From contig CAWHGC010000012.1 in assembly GCA_963828885.1 (NCBI GenBank), positions 33,068-97,067 on the forward strand: a stretch of DNA of 64,000 bases, in the 5' to 3' direction. Below, in pieces: positions 43,409-53,968 of this stretch; position 1 is the stretch's first letter; every line of letters starts with the position of its first letter. The stretch comes from an uncultured Actinomycetes bacterium. GTDB lineage: Bacteria > Actinomycetota > UBA4738 > HRBIN12. The notes beneath the pieces were generated by a model. It was not told where the DNA came from. It searched no databases and saw nothing but the letters and a program-made list of their open reading frames with translations. The position numbers were made by a program, and so were the translations under genes.

Positions 43409-44991
43409 ATGACCCGAACCTCCCGTCTGCTCGTCGCGCTCGTCGGTGCGGCGCTCGTCTCGTCCCTCGCGATCGGACCGGCCGCCGCCGTCTCCCGTGC
43501 GCATGACCGCGCCGTGGCGCCGCTCGCGCCCGCCGGGTCCACGCCGGCCCTGATCGAGGCCGCCGTCGCCCGCGGCGAGATCTCCCGGGTCACCGCCGAC
43601 CGCTACCTGGCGCAGGCGCTCGCGAACCCGTCACGCCTCCCCTCGCAGTTCGCCTCCTCCGTGCCGTGGCGCGGCACGCTGCCGCTGCTCCAGCTGCAGG
43701 AGCGCGCCGCCGCGCGCGGCACCACGGTCTCGCGACTGGCCGGCACGGCGCGCCGTGCCGCCGACAGCTGCGGCGGCTACTCCGACACCAAGCCGAAGAA
43801 GAAGGTCACCACCCACTTCCTGATCCGCTACGACCCGGCCGGCGATCCAGGGCGGCCTGACGATCGGCGACTACGCCCACACGCTCGAGACGGTCGTGGA
43901 AGACCGAGATCACCAACTTCGGCTGGCCCACGCCGCCGTTCAAGGCCAACGCGAACGGCCTGTTCCACGTCCGGATCGAGAACCTCGGCAACGCCCTCTA
44001 CGGCTTCGTGACGACGAACGGCACCACCGCCGGCTACGTCGGCAACAACCCCAACACGGCGTGGGCCGATCACGACGCCTACGCGAGCTGCATGGTGCTG
44101 AACCAGGACTACCGGAACTTCCCCTCTCCTCCGCTCAAGTCCCTCCAGGCGACCGCGGCCCACGAGTTCAACCACGGCATCCAGTTCGGCGAGGGCGGTC
44201 TCACCGGCGTCGGCGCCCCCGACCTCGTGTTCACCGAGGGCGGCGCCACGTGGATGGAGGACGAGGTCTTCGACACCGCCAACGACAACTACTTCTACCT
44301 GTGGCCGCCCCTGGAGAAGAGCATGGGCGAGTTCGGCTCCGGCAACGACGTGTACTCGTACTGGCTGACCTTCCGCGCCATGACCGAGCAGTTCGGCACC
44401 GGCGTCGCCGGCGGCGGCGAGGACGTGATGCAGCAGTTCTGGGAGTCGACCAGCCGCGAGACGGCCAACAACCTGAACGCCCTGGACGCCGGCCTCGCGC
44501 TGAAGAGCGAGCAACCTGCCCGACGCGTTCCACGCGGCCGCCATCTCGATCCGCTTCGCGAGGACGTGCGGCGGCGGATACGTGTACCCGTACTGCCTCG
44601 AGGAGGGCGCCGCGTACCGGTCGCTCGTCGGCACCTATCAGAACGACGACGCGATCAACTCGATCGGCGGCGGCATCTCCGGCTCCGTCCGCGACGACTA
44701 CGCCGCGCGCTTCGTCGGCCTGCCGAAGACGGGCGGCACGTACGACATCTCGCTGACGAACGACTCTGCCGGTCGGCGGCCAGCTGCGCGGGAGCGTCGT
44801 GTGCGACGACGGCAGCTCCCTCACGGTCGACCCGCTGTCGATGGTCGCCGGGCCCACGGAGGTCGCCACGCTGACCGGACTTCGACCCGACCGGCTGCAC
44901 CTCGGTCGTCCTCGTCATCACGAACCAGGACCAGCACGGCGCGAACCCGAGTACGGCTGCAGCGCGGGCCTTCTCGGTCGACACGGCGTGA
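43409..44991 (+). pseudogene. secreted HExxH (HEFNH) putative zinc metalloprotease, five frame disruptions
   Basis: AAGGAG lies 12 nt before ATG 43409. Signal peptide MTRTSRLLVALVGAALVSSLAIGPAAA. The core contains ATAAHEFNHGIQF and GGATWMEDEV. Six frame segments, each shifted +1, at ~43850, 43896, 44515, 44770 and 44880. The corrected stop TGA is at 44989-44991. Confidence 0.6.
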
Positions 44992-44999
44992 GGGCCGGA

Positions 45000-46118
45000 T
45001 CAGCCCTCGGGTCGGCGAAGCTCCACCGTCGCCGGATCCTTCTTGGACGACCGCTCTCCGCGGGCCTCTGCGAGCTGTTCGAGCAGCTTGCGCTCGTCGC
45101 GCTTCAGGTCCTTCGGCACGGTGACGTGGACGGTCACGTAGAGGTCGCCGCGGCCTCGGCGGCTGAGGTTCGGGACGCCCTTGCCGCGCAGGCGGATCAG
45201 CTGGCCGGACTCAGTGCCGGGCTCGATGCGCACGTGCTCGCTGCCGTCGAGGGTCTCGAACGTGACGTCGGCGCCGAGCGCGGCCTGCGTGAGCGTCACG
45301 TCGAGCAGCGCGAACAGATCCTGCCCACGACGTTCGAACGCGAGCGAGGGCTCCACGCGGATCCCGACGTACAGGTCACCGGAGGGTCCGCCGACGAGCC
45401 CGGCGTTGCCGGCGCCGGTCACGCGGAGCTCGAGGCCGTCGTCGACGCCGGCGGGGATGTCGACCGTCACCGTGTCGGGTGCCGTCACGCGGCCGCTGCC
45501 TCGGCAGGTCGTGCACGGGTCGAGGATCTCGGCGCCGGTGCCGCCGCAGGTGCGGCAGGGCGAGGCGGTCATGATCGTGCCGAAGATGCTGCGACGGACC
45601 TCCTGGGTCTCGCCGGTGCCGCCGCAGGTCCGGCACGAGCTCGGCGCCGTGCCGGGCTCGGCGCCGTTGCCCATGCAGCGGTCGCACGCGACGAGCCGTT
45701 CGACCTCGATCTCACGGCGTGCGCCGAACGCCGCCTCGGTGAAGGTGAGCAGGATCTGCGTGCCGAGGTTCTCGCCGGCGCGCACGGGCGAGCGCGGGCC
45801 TCGCGAGCGGCGCTGGCCGCCGGCACCGCCGAAGCCGCCTGCGCCGAAGAACATGTCGAAGATGTCCTGGATGTCGCCGAACGGCGAGCCTGCGGGACCA
45901 CCGGTGGCGCCGAACGTGTCGTAGCGCTGCCGCTTCTCGGGGTCGGACAGGATCTCGTACGCGCCGCTGACCTCCTTGAAGCGCTGCTCGGAGGCGGGAT
46001 CGGCGTTCACGTCGGGGTGGTGCTGCCGCGCGAGGGCGCGATACGCGGTCCGGATCTCGTCCTGCGAGGCGTCGCGCCGGACGCCGAGGATCTCGTAGAG
46101 GTCGCCGACCGTCGCCAT
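45000..46118 (-). CDS. dnaJ: molecular chaperone DnaJ
   Basis: ATG at 46118 (MATVGDLYEILGV). J domain with HPD, a G/F region, and four CxxCxGxG zinc-finger repeats. Intact (372 aa). Confidence 0.92.
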   Translation of the reverse strand: MATVGDLYEILGVRRDASQDEIRTAYRALARQHHPDVNADPASEQRFKEVSGAYEILSDPEKRQRYDTFGATGGPAGSPFGDIQDIFDMFFGAGGFGGAGGQRRSRGPRSPVRAGENLGTQILLTFTEAAFGARREIEVERLVACDRCMGNGAEPGTAPSSCRTCGGTGETQEVRRSIFGTIMTASPCRTCGGTGAEILDPCTTCRGSGRVTAPDTVTVDIPAGVDDGLELRVTGAGNAGLVGGPSGDLYVGIRVEPSLAFERRGQDLFALLDVTLTQAALGADVTFETLDGSEHVRIEPGTESGQLIRLRGKGVPNLSRRGRGDLYVTVHVTVPKDLKRDERKLLEQLAEARGERSSKKDPATVELRRPEG

Positions 46119-46120
46119 CG

Positions 46121-47168
46121 CTACTGATCCAGCTCCGTGGCCAGCTCGCTCAGCCGCTTCGCGACCGCGCGCACCGAGGCCATCGCCGTGACGTAGTCCA
46201 TGCGCGTCGGGCCCGACCAGGCCGATCGTGCCGACCGTGTCGTCGCCGACCTTGAACGGGGCCGTGACGAGCGAGGCCTCCCACTCGCCGGTGGCGGGAT
46301 GCTCGCCGCCGATCGTGACCGACACGCCCTGCTCGTCGTCGACGCGCACGTCCTTCAGGACCTCGAGCATCTCGTGCTCGCGCTCGAGGGCCTCGAACAG
46401 CCGTCGAACCGTCTCGCGGCGCCAGAGCTGGGCCTCGTCGGCGAGGTTCGCGACGCCGCCCACCACCATGTGGGTCTGTCCCTCGCGGCCGGTGCTGCGG
46501 AGCGTCTCGGCCACGTTCAGGATCAGTTCGTGCTCCTCGCGCGGCCCCTCTGCGGCCATCTGCAGCAGCCGGACCTGCGCGACGGAGTACGTGGTGCCGC
46601 GGAGCGGCGCGAGCCGCTGCTCGGCGGCCAGCAGCACCTTCGCGTCGACCTCGTTCGGCCGGTCGATGATCCGCTTGTCGACGCGGCCGTGCTGGCCGAC
46701 GGCCAGCACCATGATCGTCGGGCCCATGTCGATCAGCTCCAGGCGCATGATCGGCTCGTCGGAGGAGCTCGGCGGCACCGCGAGGCCGGCGTACTGCGTC
46801 ATGCGGCTGATCAGCTGGACGCTCCCCTTCAGGACCTCCTCGAGGTCGAGCATCGCCTCGGCGAAGTAACCGGCGATCGCCCGGCGCTGCTGCTCGCGCA
46901 GTCGCCCGCCCACCGGCAGGGCGTCGACGTAGTGGCGGTACCCGGCGTCGGTCGGGATGCGTCCGGAGCTCGTGTGCGGATGCTGGAGGAAGCCGAGCTC
47001 CTCGAGGGCCGCCATCTCGTTGCGGATCGTGGCGCTCGACACGCCCAGGCCCGAGCGCTCCGCGATCGTCTCCGAGCCGACGGCCTCGCCCGAGCGGACG
47101 TACTCCTCCACCACGGCGCGCAGCACCGCTGCCTTGCGTGGACCGAGCTCGGGGATCCCGTCCGCCAT
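46121..47168 (-). pseudogene. hrcA: heat-inducible transcription repressor HrcA, one frame disruption near the 3' end
   Basis: N-terminal wHTH (RKAAVLRAVVEEYVRSGEAVGSETIAERSGLGVSSATIRNEMAALEELGFL). Removing one base at ~46207 (gggcccgacg context) restores ...GLVGPTRMDYVTAMASVRAVAKRLSELATELDQ*, with TAG at 46121-46123. Otherwise the ORF reads through into dnaJ. Confidence 0.85.
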
Positions 47169-47180
47169 AGGCACATGGTA

Positions 47181-47207
47181 CTGGCACTCTCTGCGCCCGA
47201 GTGCTAA
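47181..47207 (-). promoter_or_regulatory. CIRCE operator (HrcA binding site) upstream of hrcA-dnaJ
   Basis: The minus strand reads TTAGCACTC-GGGCGCAGA-GAGTGCCAG, against the consensus TTAGCACTC-N9-GAGTGCTAA. The left arm is perfect and the right arm matches 7/9. It lies 13 nt upstream of the hrcA ATG. Confidence 0.85.
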
Positions 47208-47249
47208 CCCGGTTCCCGGACCTCCGGGTGCCAGCTAGTCTGAACGAGA

Positions 47250-48377
47250 CTAGTTCGAGTTCGCGGCGAGCGCGAGGACGAGCTCGTTCAGCAGCAGCAT
47301 GCCGCGCTCGGTGGGGACCAGGGCGTCGCCCTCGAGCGTGAGCAGGCCGAGCTCGAGGTACGGCTCGGCGACCGAGGGCTCGATCCAGCTCGCCGGGATG
47401 CCCTCGAACGTGCGGAGGCGGAGGAACACCTCCTCGAGGTAGGCGTCGGAGGCCTCGAGCTGTTCGGCGCCGCCCTCGGGCAGCTCGCCGCGCTCGACGC
47501 GCGCGAGGTAGTCCTCGGGCGGGCGGACGTTCCACCAGCGGCGGGCCTCGCGGTAGCTGTGCGCGCCGGCGCCGAGGCCCAGGTACGGCCGCCGCTCCCA
47601 GTACCCGAGGTTGTGCCGGCACTCGTAGCCGGGCTTCGCCCAGTTCGAGACCTCGTAGTGCGCGTAGCCGGCGGCGGCCAGCACGTCGCAGGCGGCCGCG
47701 AACATGTCGGCCTGGAGGTCGGGATCGGGCGCCGGCACCTCCCCCGACGCGACCTTGCGGCCGAGCGGCGTCGCCGGCTCGATCGTCAGCGCGTACGCGC
47801 TCACGTGCTCGGGCGCGAGCATGACGGTCTCGCGCAGCGTGTCCTCCCACGAATCCAGCCCCTCGCCGTCGGCGCCGTAGATCAGGTCGAGGTTCACGTT
47901 GTCGTAGCCGGCCTCGCGGGCGGCGTCGAACGCGCGGCGCACGCTCTCCGGCGAGTGCAGCCGCTCGAGCGACCGCAGCACCGCGGGATCGAAGGACTGC
48001 GCGCCCATGCTGAGCCGGCCGAACCCGGCCGCGCGCAGCTGCTCCAGCCGCTGGCGGTCGACCGTGTCGGGGTTGGCCTCGGTCGTGATCTCCGCCTCCT
48101 CGGCGAACGTGAACCGGTCGCGGAGATGCGTGAGCAGCGACTTCAGGTCGGCCGGCTCCATCGTGGTCGGCGTGCCGCCGCCGAGGAACACGCTCGCGAC
48201 CTCGACGTCCTGCCACGCCGGCGCCGCCAGCGAGGCCTCGGACACGAGCGCCCGCAGGTACCGCGGCTTCAGCTGGTCCAGGCCCGCGTACGCGTTGAAG
48301 TCGCAGTAGCCGCAGCGCGTGAGGCAGAACGGCACGTGCACGTAGATGCCGGCGGTGGTGGCGGCCTCGACGCTCAC
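47250..48377 (-). CDS. hemW: radical SAM heme chaperone HemW (HemN-like, oxygen-independent coproporphyrinogen oxidase family)
   Basis: GTG at 48377 overlaps the lepA stop (GTGA). Contains the [10 protein letters not shown] radical-SAM cluster motif and GGGTPT. Intact (375 aa). Confidence 0.88.
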   Translation of the reverse strand: MSVEAATTAGIYVHVPFCLTRCGYCDFNAYAGLDQLKPRYLRALVSEASLAAPAWQDVEVASVFLGGGTPTTMEPADLKSLLTHLRDRFTFAEEAEITTEANPDTVDRQRLEQLRAAGFGRLSMGAQSFDPAVLRSLERLHSPESVRRAFDAAREAGYDNVNLDLIYGADGEGLDSWEDTLRETVMLAPEHVSAYALTIEPATPLGRKVASGEVPAPDPDLQADMFAAACDVLAAAGYAHYEVSNWAKPGYECRHNLGYWERRPYLGLGAGAHSYREARRWWNVRPPEDYLARVERGELPEGGAEQLEASDAYLEEVFLRLRTFEGIPASWIEPSVAEPYLELGLLTLEGDALVPTERGMLLLNELVLALAANSN

Positions 48378-50188
48378 TTCTTCTTCGCCCCGGCGCCCTC
48401 GTCCACGCGCAGCGCGGCGATGAACGCCTCCTGCGGCACGTCGACCTTGCCGACGCGCCGCATGCGCGCCTTGCCCTTCTTCTGCGTCTCCAGCAGCTTG
48501 CGCTTGCGCGTGATGTCGCCGCCGTAGCACTTGGCCAGGACGTCCTTGCGCTTGGCCTTCACGGTCTCGCGCGCGACGATCTTCGATCCGATCGCGGCCT
48601 GCACGGCCACGTCGAAGAGCTGCCGCGGGATCAGCTCCTTCAGCCGCTCGGTCATCTGCTTGCCGTACGCGTACGCCTTGTCGCGGTGCACGATCGTGCT
48701 GAACGCGTCGACCGGCTCGCCGTGCAGCAGGACGTCGACGCGAACGAGGTTCGCCTCCTGGTAGCCCCACGGCTCGTAGTCGAGGCTCGCGTACCCCTTC
48801 GTGCGGGACTTCAGCTGGTCGAAGAAGTCGAACACGATCTCGGCGAGCGGCAGCACGTAGTGGATCTCCACGCGCTCGGGCGTGATGTAGACCATGTCGA
48901 CCATCTCGCCGCGGCGGCCCTGCGAGATGTCCATGACGGCGCCGAGGTGCTCGGCCGGCGTGATCATCGTCGCCAGCACGATCGGCTCCTCGACGCTGTC
49001 GTACTCGCCGGGCGCCGGCATCTCGGCGGGGTTGTGCACGATCGACATCTCGCCGCCGCGGATCAGGTGGAACTCCACGTTCGGCGCCGTCGCGATCAGC
49101 TCGAGGTCGAACTCCCGCTCCAGCCGCTCCTTCACGATGTCCATGTGCAGCAGGCCGAGGAACCCGCACCGGAAGCCGAACCCGAGGGCGGTCGAGGTCT
49201 CGGGCTCGAAGTACAGCGCCGCGTCGGAGAGCTTCAGCTTGTCGAGGGCGTCGCGCAGGTCGGCGTAGTCGCTGCCGTCGGCGGGGAACAGGCCGGACCA
49301 CACCATCGGCTTGGGCTCGCGGTAGCCGGGCAGCGGCTCGGGCGCCGCCTCCTTGCCGGCGAGCGTGATCGTGTCGCCGACCTTCGCGAGGTGGACGTCC
49401 TTGAGGCCGGTGACGAGGTAGCCGACCTCGCCGGGGCCGAGCGCGGCGATCGGCGTGGCCTCGGGCGACATCACGCCGGTCTCCTCGGCGTCGGACTCGA
49501 CGCCGGTCGCCATGAAGCGCACGCGCGCGTTCGAGGGCAGCGTGCCCTCCTTCACGCGGACGTAGGTGATGACGCCGCGGTAGATGTCGAACATCGAGTC
49601 GAAGATCAGGGCCTGGAGCGGCCTCGTGGGGTCGCCCTCGGGGTGCGGCACCTTCTCGATGACGGTGCGCAGCAGGTCGGCGACGCCCTCGCCGGTCTTC
49701 GCGGAGATGTGCAGGACCTCCTCGGGCTCGATCTGGAGGAGGGCGGCGAGCTCCTTCGCGCGGGCGTCCGGCTCGGCGGCCGGCAGGTCGATCTTGTTGA
49801 TGGCCGGCACGATCACGAGGCCGGCGTCCCGCGCGAGGTGGTAGTTGGCGAGGGTCTGGGCCTCGAGGCCCTGGGCGGCGTCGACCAGCAGGATCGCGCC
49901 CTCGCAGGCCTCGAGGCTGCGGGAGACCTCGTAGGTGAAGTCGACGTGGCCGGGGGTGTCGATCAGGTTGAGCTCGTAGCCCTCGTGCTGGAGGCGGACG
50001 GCCTGGGCCTTGATCGTGATGCCGCGCTCGCGCTCGAGGTCCATCTTGTCGAGGTACTGGGCGCGCATGTTGCGCCCCTCGACGGTGTGGGTGACCTCCA
50101 GCAGGCGGTCGGCCAGCGTGGACTTGCCGTGGTCGATGTGCGCCACGATGCAGAAGTTGCGGATGTGGGAGGTGTCGGTCGTTGCCAC
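48374..50188 (-). CDS. lepA: translation elongation factor 4 (LepA)
   Basis: GTG at 50188 ([25 protein letters not shown]). Motifs DTPGH and NKID, plus the LepA-specific C-terminus ([21 protein letters not shown]). Intact (604 aa). Confidence 0.93.
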   Translation of the reverse strand: MATTDTSHIRNFCIVAHIDHGKSTLADRLLEVTHTVEGRNMRAQYLDKMDLERERGITIKAQAVRLQHEGYELNLIDTPGHVDFTYEVSRSLEACEGAILLVDAAQGLEAQTLANYHLARDAGLVIVPAINKIDLPAAEPDARAKELAALLQIEPEEVLHISAKTGEGVADLLRTVIEKVPHPEGDPTRPLQALIFDSMFDIYRGVITYVRVKEGTLPSNARVRFMATGVESDAEETGVMSPEATPIAALGPGEVGYLVTGLKDVHLAKVGDTITLAGKEAAPEPLPGYREPKPMVWSGLFPADGSDYADLRDALDKLKLSDAALYFEPETSTALGFGFRCGFLGLLHMDIVKERLEREFDLELIATAPNVEFHLIRGGEMSIVHNPAEMPAPGEYDSVEEPIVLATMITPAEHLGAVMDISQGRRGEMVDMVYITPERVEIHYVLPLAEIVFDFFDQLKSRTKGYASLDYEPWGYQEANLVRVDVLLHGEPVDAFSTIVHRDKAYAYGKQMTERLKELIPRQLFDVAVQAAIGSKIVARETVKAKRKDVLAKCYGGDITRKRKLLETQKKGKARMRRVGKVDVPQEAFIAALRVDEGAGAKKK

Positions 50189-50252
50189 GGTGCCCCAATG
50201 GTACGGGGGCGGGGCCGGCCGCCGCGCTGGGGAGCCCGCATGCCCCCGCTGG

Positions 50253-50258
50253 TAGACT
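50253..50258 (+). promoter_or_regulatory. candidate -10 hexamer (TAGACT) for a leaderless or near-leaderless rpsT transcript
   Basis: A TANNNT-type hexamer ends 9 nt before the rpsT ATG. No purine-rich Shine-Dalgarno lies in the intervening ccccggctc. Confidence 0.3.
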
Positions 50259-50267
50259 CCCCGGCTC

Positions 50268-50537
50268 ATGGCGAACATCAAGTCCCAGATCAAGCGGAAC
50301 AAGACCAACGAGCGCCGCGCCGTGGCCAACAAGGCCGTCCGCACGGCGCTCAAGACGTCCACGAAGAAGGTCCGCACGGCCGTCTCCGACGGCGACGCCG
50401 AGGCCGCCCTCCAGCGCAGCCGCGAGGCCGCCCGCGCCCTCGACAAGGCCGCCAGCCGCGGCGTGATCCACAAGCGCACCGCCGCCCGCCGCAAGAGCCG
50501 GCTCGCCAAGGCCGCGAACTCCGCCGCCGCCGAGTAG
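50268..50537 (+). CDS. rpsT: 30S ribosomal protein S20
   Basis: 89 aa. [17 protein letters not shown]... is a typical S20 N-terminus, with a basic helical remainder. Confidence 0.93.
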   Translation: MANIKSQIKRNKTNERRAVANKAVRTALKTSTKKVRTAVSDGDAEAALQRSREAARALDKAASRGVIHKRTAARRKSRLAKAANSAAAE

Positions 50538-50552
50538 CTCGGCTCCGCCGGC

Positions 50553-51489
50553 CTACCGCTCCGCGATCGCCGCGATCAGCGTCGGCATCACGATGTCGCC
50601 GGTCGCGCCCGACTTCAGCGCCCGGTCCGCCTCGGTGACCCGGTCGTGGATCGCGACCAGGTCGGCCATGCTGAACCGGTTCGCCTGCTCGCGGTAGCGG
50701 CGCGCCTGCCAGTCGAACCGCAGCCCGGCGGCCCGCGCCAGCTCTGCCGGCGGCATCCGATCGGGCTGCGAGCGCACCTTCATCAGGTCGCGCAGGCGGC
50801 TCGCGATGCCGCCCAGCACCATCAGCGGATCGTCGCGGCCCTCCTCGATCGCGCGCAGCGAGCGGATCGCGCCCGGCAGGTCCTTGCCGAACGCGCGGTC
50901 GCACAGGTCCCAGACCTTCTGCTCCCCGAGGCCGCGGAACTGCCGCGCGACGAGCTGCGGCGTGAGCTTCTCCCCGGGGAACGCTGACGCGAGCTGCTCG
51001 AGCGCGCTCGCGAGCTCGCCCGGCTCCTCCCCCAGCGTCTCCACCAATGCCCTGGCCGCCGGCGGCGCGAGGTCGATCTCCCGTGCCCGCGCGCGCTGGA
51101 TCAGCCACGGCTCGAGGTCCTTGCGCACGATCTTCAGCTCGCGGACCTCGCCGACGGGCTTCACCGCCCGCTCGAGGGCGACCGGCGGCTTGCCGCGCTC
51201 CGCGGTCTGGCAGCAGATGATCAGCGGCGACTCGGGATCCGGCGCGGCCAGGTACGCGACGAGCTCCACCATGGCCTCCTTCGAGAGGGCAGCGCGCGTC
51301 GGTGATGAGCAGCGCCCGGCGCTCACCGAACAGCGACGGCGTCGCGAAGTCCTGGAGCTCCCCGCCCTGCCACTCGGCGGCGTCGACCTCGGTGGGCCGC
51401 AGGGTGCCGAGGATCCGGAACGCGGCCTCGCGCAGGAGGAAGTCGTCCTCGCCCCAGAGCAGGGTGACGGTCTGACGGGCGGCGCTCAT
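50553..51489 (-). pseudogene. holA: DNA polymerase III subunit delta, one frame disruption
   Basis: The N-terminal 60 aa lie in ORF 50350..51489 (LLWGEDDFLLREA...PSLFGERRALLITDA). The rest equals ORF 50553..51326. Shift at ~51300. Position between comEC and rpsT matches the widespread comE-holA-rpsT synteny. Confidence 0.8.
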
Positions 51490-51533
51490 GCGCTGATTCT
51501 ACGGGCGCCTCGGACGGGGGTCGGTCGGCGCGG

Positions 51534-53829
51534 CTAGCGCCAGGCGGCGACGCCGGGAGAGACGTCGTCGGCACCGTTGCCGTTCGAGGTCTCGCCACCG
51601 TTGCTCGGAGCTCGCGTCCGTCCCACGACGCCGGCGGCGGCCTCGGCGCGCTTGCGCGCCTCCTCGGCCTGCTCGACGCGCTTCATGAGCTCCGGGATCT
51701 GGTTGCGCAGCCGCTGCACCTCGGACTCGAGGCCGGGATCGCTCGACACGACCTCGCCGCTCTCCTTCGCGAAGCGCAGCGCGGCCTCGGCGGCCTCGGC
51801 GGCGGTGTACGCGCGCCGGGCACGGACCTCGGTCTGCTCGAGACGCTCCTCGAGCTCCGCGACGACGGCCGCGAGATCGCCGGAGCCGGCGGCGTCGCCC
51901 TCGAGGCGACCGCACCGGTCTGGGGACGGGATGCCGCCTCTTCGAGCTGTCCTTCCAAGTCCTGGATCCTGGCGGTCGCGCGCTCGAGCTCGGCCTGTGC
52001 GGCCGCTGCGGCCTCGTTCGGCTCGCCGGCGACGGCAGCGGCGCGGCACCGGCGGACGCGGCGGCCAGGTCGGCCTCCAGCACCTGCTGGCGCAGCCGCA
52101 GATCCTCCGCCTGCACGCGCACCACGTCGTAGACCTCCTGGAGCTGCTGCATGTTCGCCTCGGTGGCCGCGAGCTCCGCGGCGGCGGCGTCGACGCGCTC
52201 CTGCGCCGTGCGCTCCTTCGCCTCCGCCTCCTTCGCTCGCTCCTCGGCGCCCATGAGCGCCGTCTCGACCTCGACCAGGCGGGCCTCGACGGGCGTGAGA
52301 CCGCTCGTGGACCTCGCCGGTGCGCGCCCGCTCCTGCAGCTCGCCGACGCGCGCCTCGAGGTTGTGGGTCCGCTCCATCTCCTTCAGCTTCTCGGCGGCG
52401 GCGGCGAGCTCCGTCTCGAACTGCGCCGTCCGTCCCTGGGCATCGCGCGCCTCGGCCTCCGCGGAGGCGAGCGCCTCCGACGCCTCGGTCGCCTTCTGCT
52501 CGGCCTGCACGGCTCGTTCCAGTGCTCGGCGATCTGCTGCTCGGCACGGTCCTGCGCCGCCTGGAGCTCGTCCACACGCGCCCGGAGGGGAACCTGGGAC
52601 TCGTCGATCGCACGAAGGTCGTTCGCGGCGGTCTCGAGCTGTGCCTGCAGCTCCGCCACGCGGTCGCCGGTCTGGCCGGCGTCGGCGCGCAGGGTCTCGA
52701 GGGCCTGCTCGTTCTCGGTCGCGCGCTGCTCGGCGGCGTCGAGGCTCGCCTGCAGCTCCGTCAGGCGGGCCTGCAGCGGCTCCTGCGACTCCTCGATCTC
52801 GCGCAGACGGGTCGTGGCGGCCTCGAGCTGCACCTCGAGGTCGGCGGCGCGCGACTCGGCCGCGCGGGCGGTCTCGAGCTCCGTTCCGAGCTCCTGCACT
52901 CGGCGCTCGGTCTCGGCCGCGCGCTGGACGGCCTCGGCACGCTCGGACTCGATGGCCTCGCGCTCGCTCGCGGCGGCCTGGGACTGCTCCTGCACCTCGG
53001 CCAGCTCGGCGGCGATGCGGTCACGCTCCTCGAGGAGCCGGGCCCGCTCGAGCTCGGCCTCCTGCAACGTCTCGAGCGCACGCTCGGCATCCTCCGCCGC
53101 CCGCTGGATCTCGGCGTCGAATGCGGTCGTGCGCGTCTCGAGCTCCCGCTCGACCTCCATCAGTCGAACGAGCTCGCTCCTGGCGCCGTCCCGCTCGAGC
53201 TGGGTGACGGCGAGGGTCTCCTTCAGTTCCTCCGTCCCGGCGAGCCGCAGCTCGAGGTCCGCGACCGACAGGCCCAGCCGCTCGATCTCGGCGCGAGCGG
53301 TGGTCTCGGACTCGGTCAGGGTCTCCAGCCGCGAGCGCGCGTCGGCGAGCTCGGCCTCGAGGCCCTCCACGCGGTCGGCGGCGCTGCCGGACTCAGCGAG
53401 GCGCGCGCCGACGTCGGCGACCGTCGCGTCGGCGCGGACCGTGTGGGCGACCAGCTCGTCCTCGCGGACGCGGGCCGCCTCCAACTGTGCTTCCAAGATC
53501 TGGGCGCGCTCCTGTGTCTCACGGAGCTGCTCGGAGACGGATGCCATGTCGATCTCGCCGGTCTGCGCGGCGCGGGCGAGCCGTGCCTCGAGCTCGGCGA
53601 CGCGGATCGCGAGCCCCTGTGCCTGGTCGTCCGACACGGGATCGGCGGATGCGGCGCCGGCCTCGCCGGCGGGCGCTGCCGCGAGCGCCTCCTCGAGCTC
53701 GGCGACGCGCGCCTTCAGCGCGGCCGACTCCTCCTGGGACTGCTCGAGCTCGGTCTGCACCGACTGGAGCGCCGAGAGCCTCGACTCCAGCTCGATCTCG
53801 ATCCTGCGCCGATCGGTGTTTCTGGCCAT
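51534..53829 (-). pseudogene. large (~765 aa) coiled-coil protein, E/A/R/L-rich, four frame disruptions
   Basis: ATG at 53829 (MARNTDRRRIEIELESRL...). A long heptad-like sequence runs in the frame of ORF 52384..56355 down to ~52515. It then continues through frame changes at ~52515, ~52297, ~52045 and ~51920 to TAG at 51534-51536. No signal peptide or TM segment. Confidence 0.6.
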
Positions 53830-53968
53830 GATGACTGTCCCGTCCTCGTCGTCAGCGTCGCGTCCCGTCGAGTGGTGCCCGACCCTCTTCGCATCGGCAA
53901 CGGGGCCTAGAGCTTTAGGCGTACGTGAGGGGAAAATCCCGTGCGTGCGTGGTGCCTGGCCGAGATAC

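Noticed and set aside
45000-47174. A 724-aa HrcA-DnaJ fusion protein.
   Set aside because: The fusion depends on one extra base at ~46207. Removing it restores a canonical HrcA C-terminus with a TAG stop 2 nt before the dnaJ ATG.
47250-50471. A 1073-aa minus-strand ORF apparently joining lepA and hemW.
   Set aside because: Its N-terminal ~700 aa are an out-of-frame reading of lepA (Arg/Pro/Gly-rich). Only the last 375 codons, from GTG 48377, are HemW. lepA itself is intact in ORF 48374..50509.
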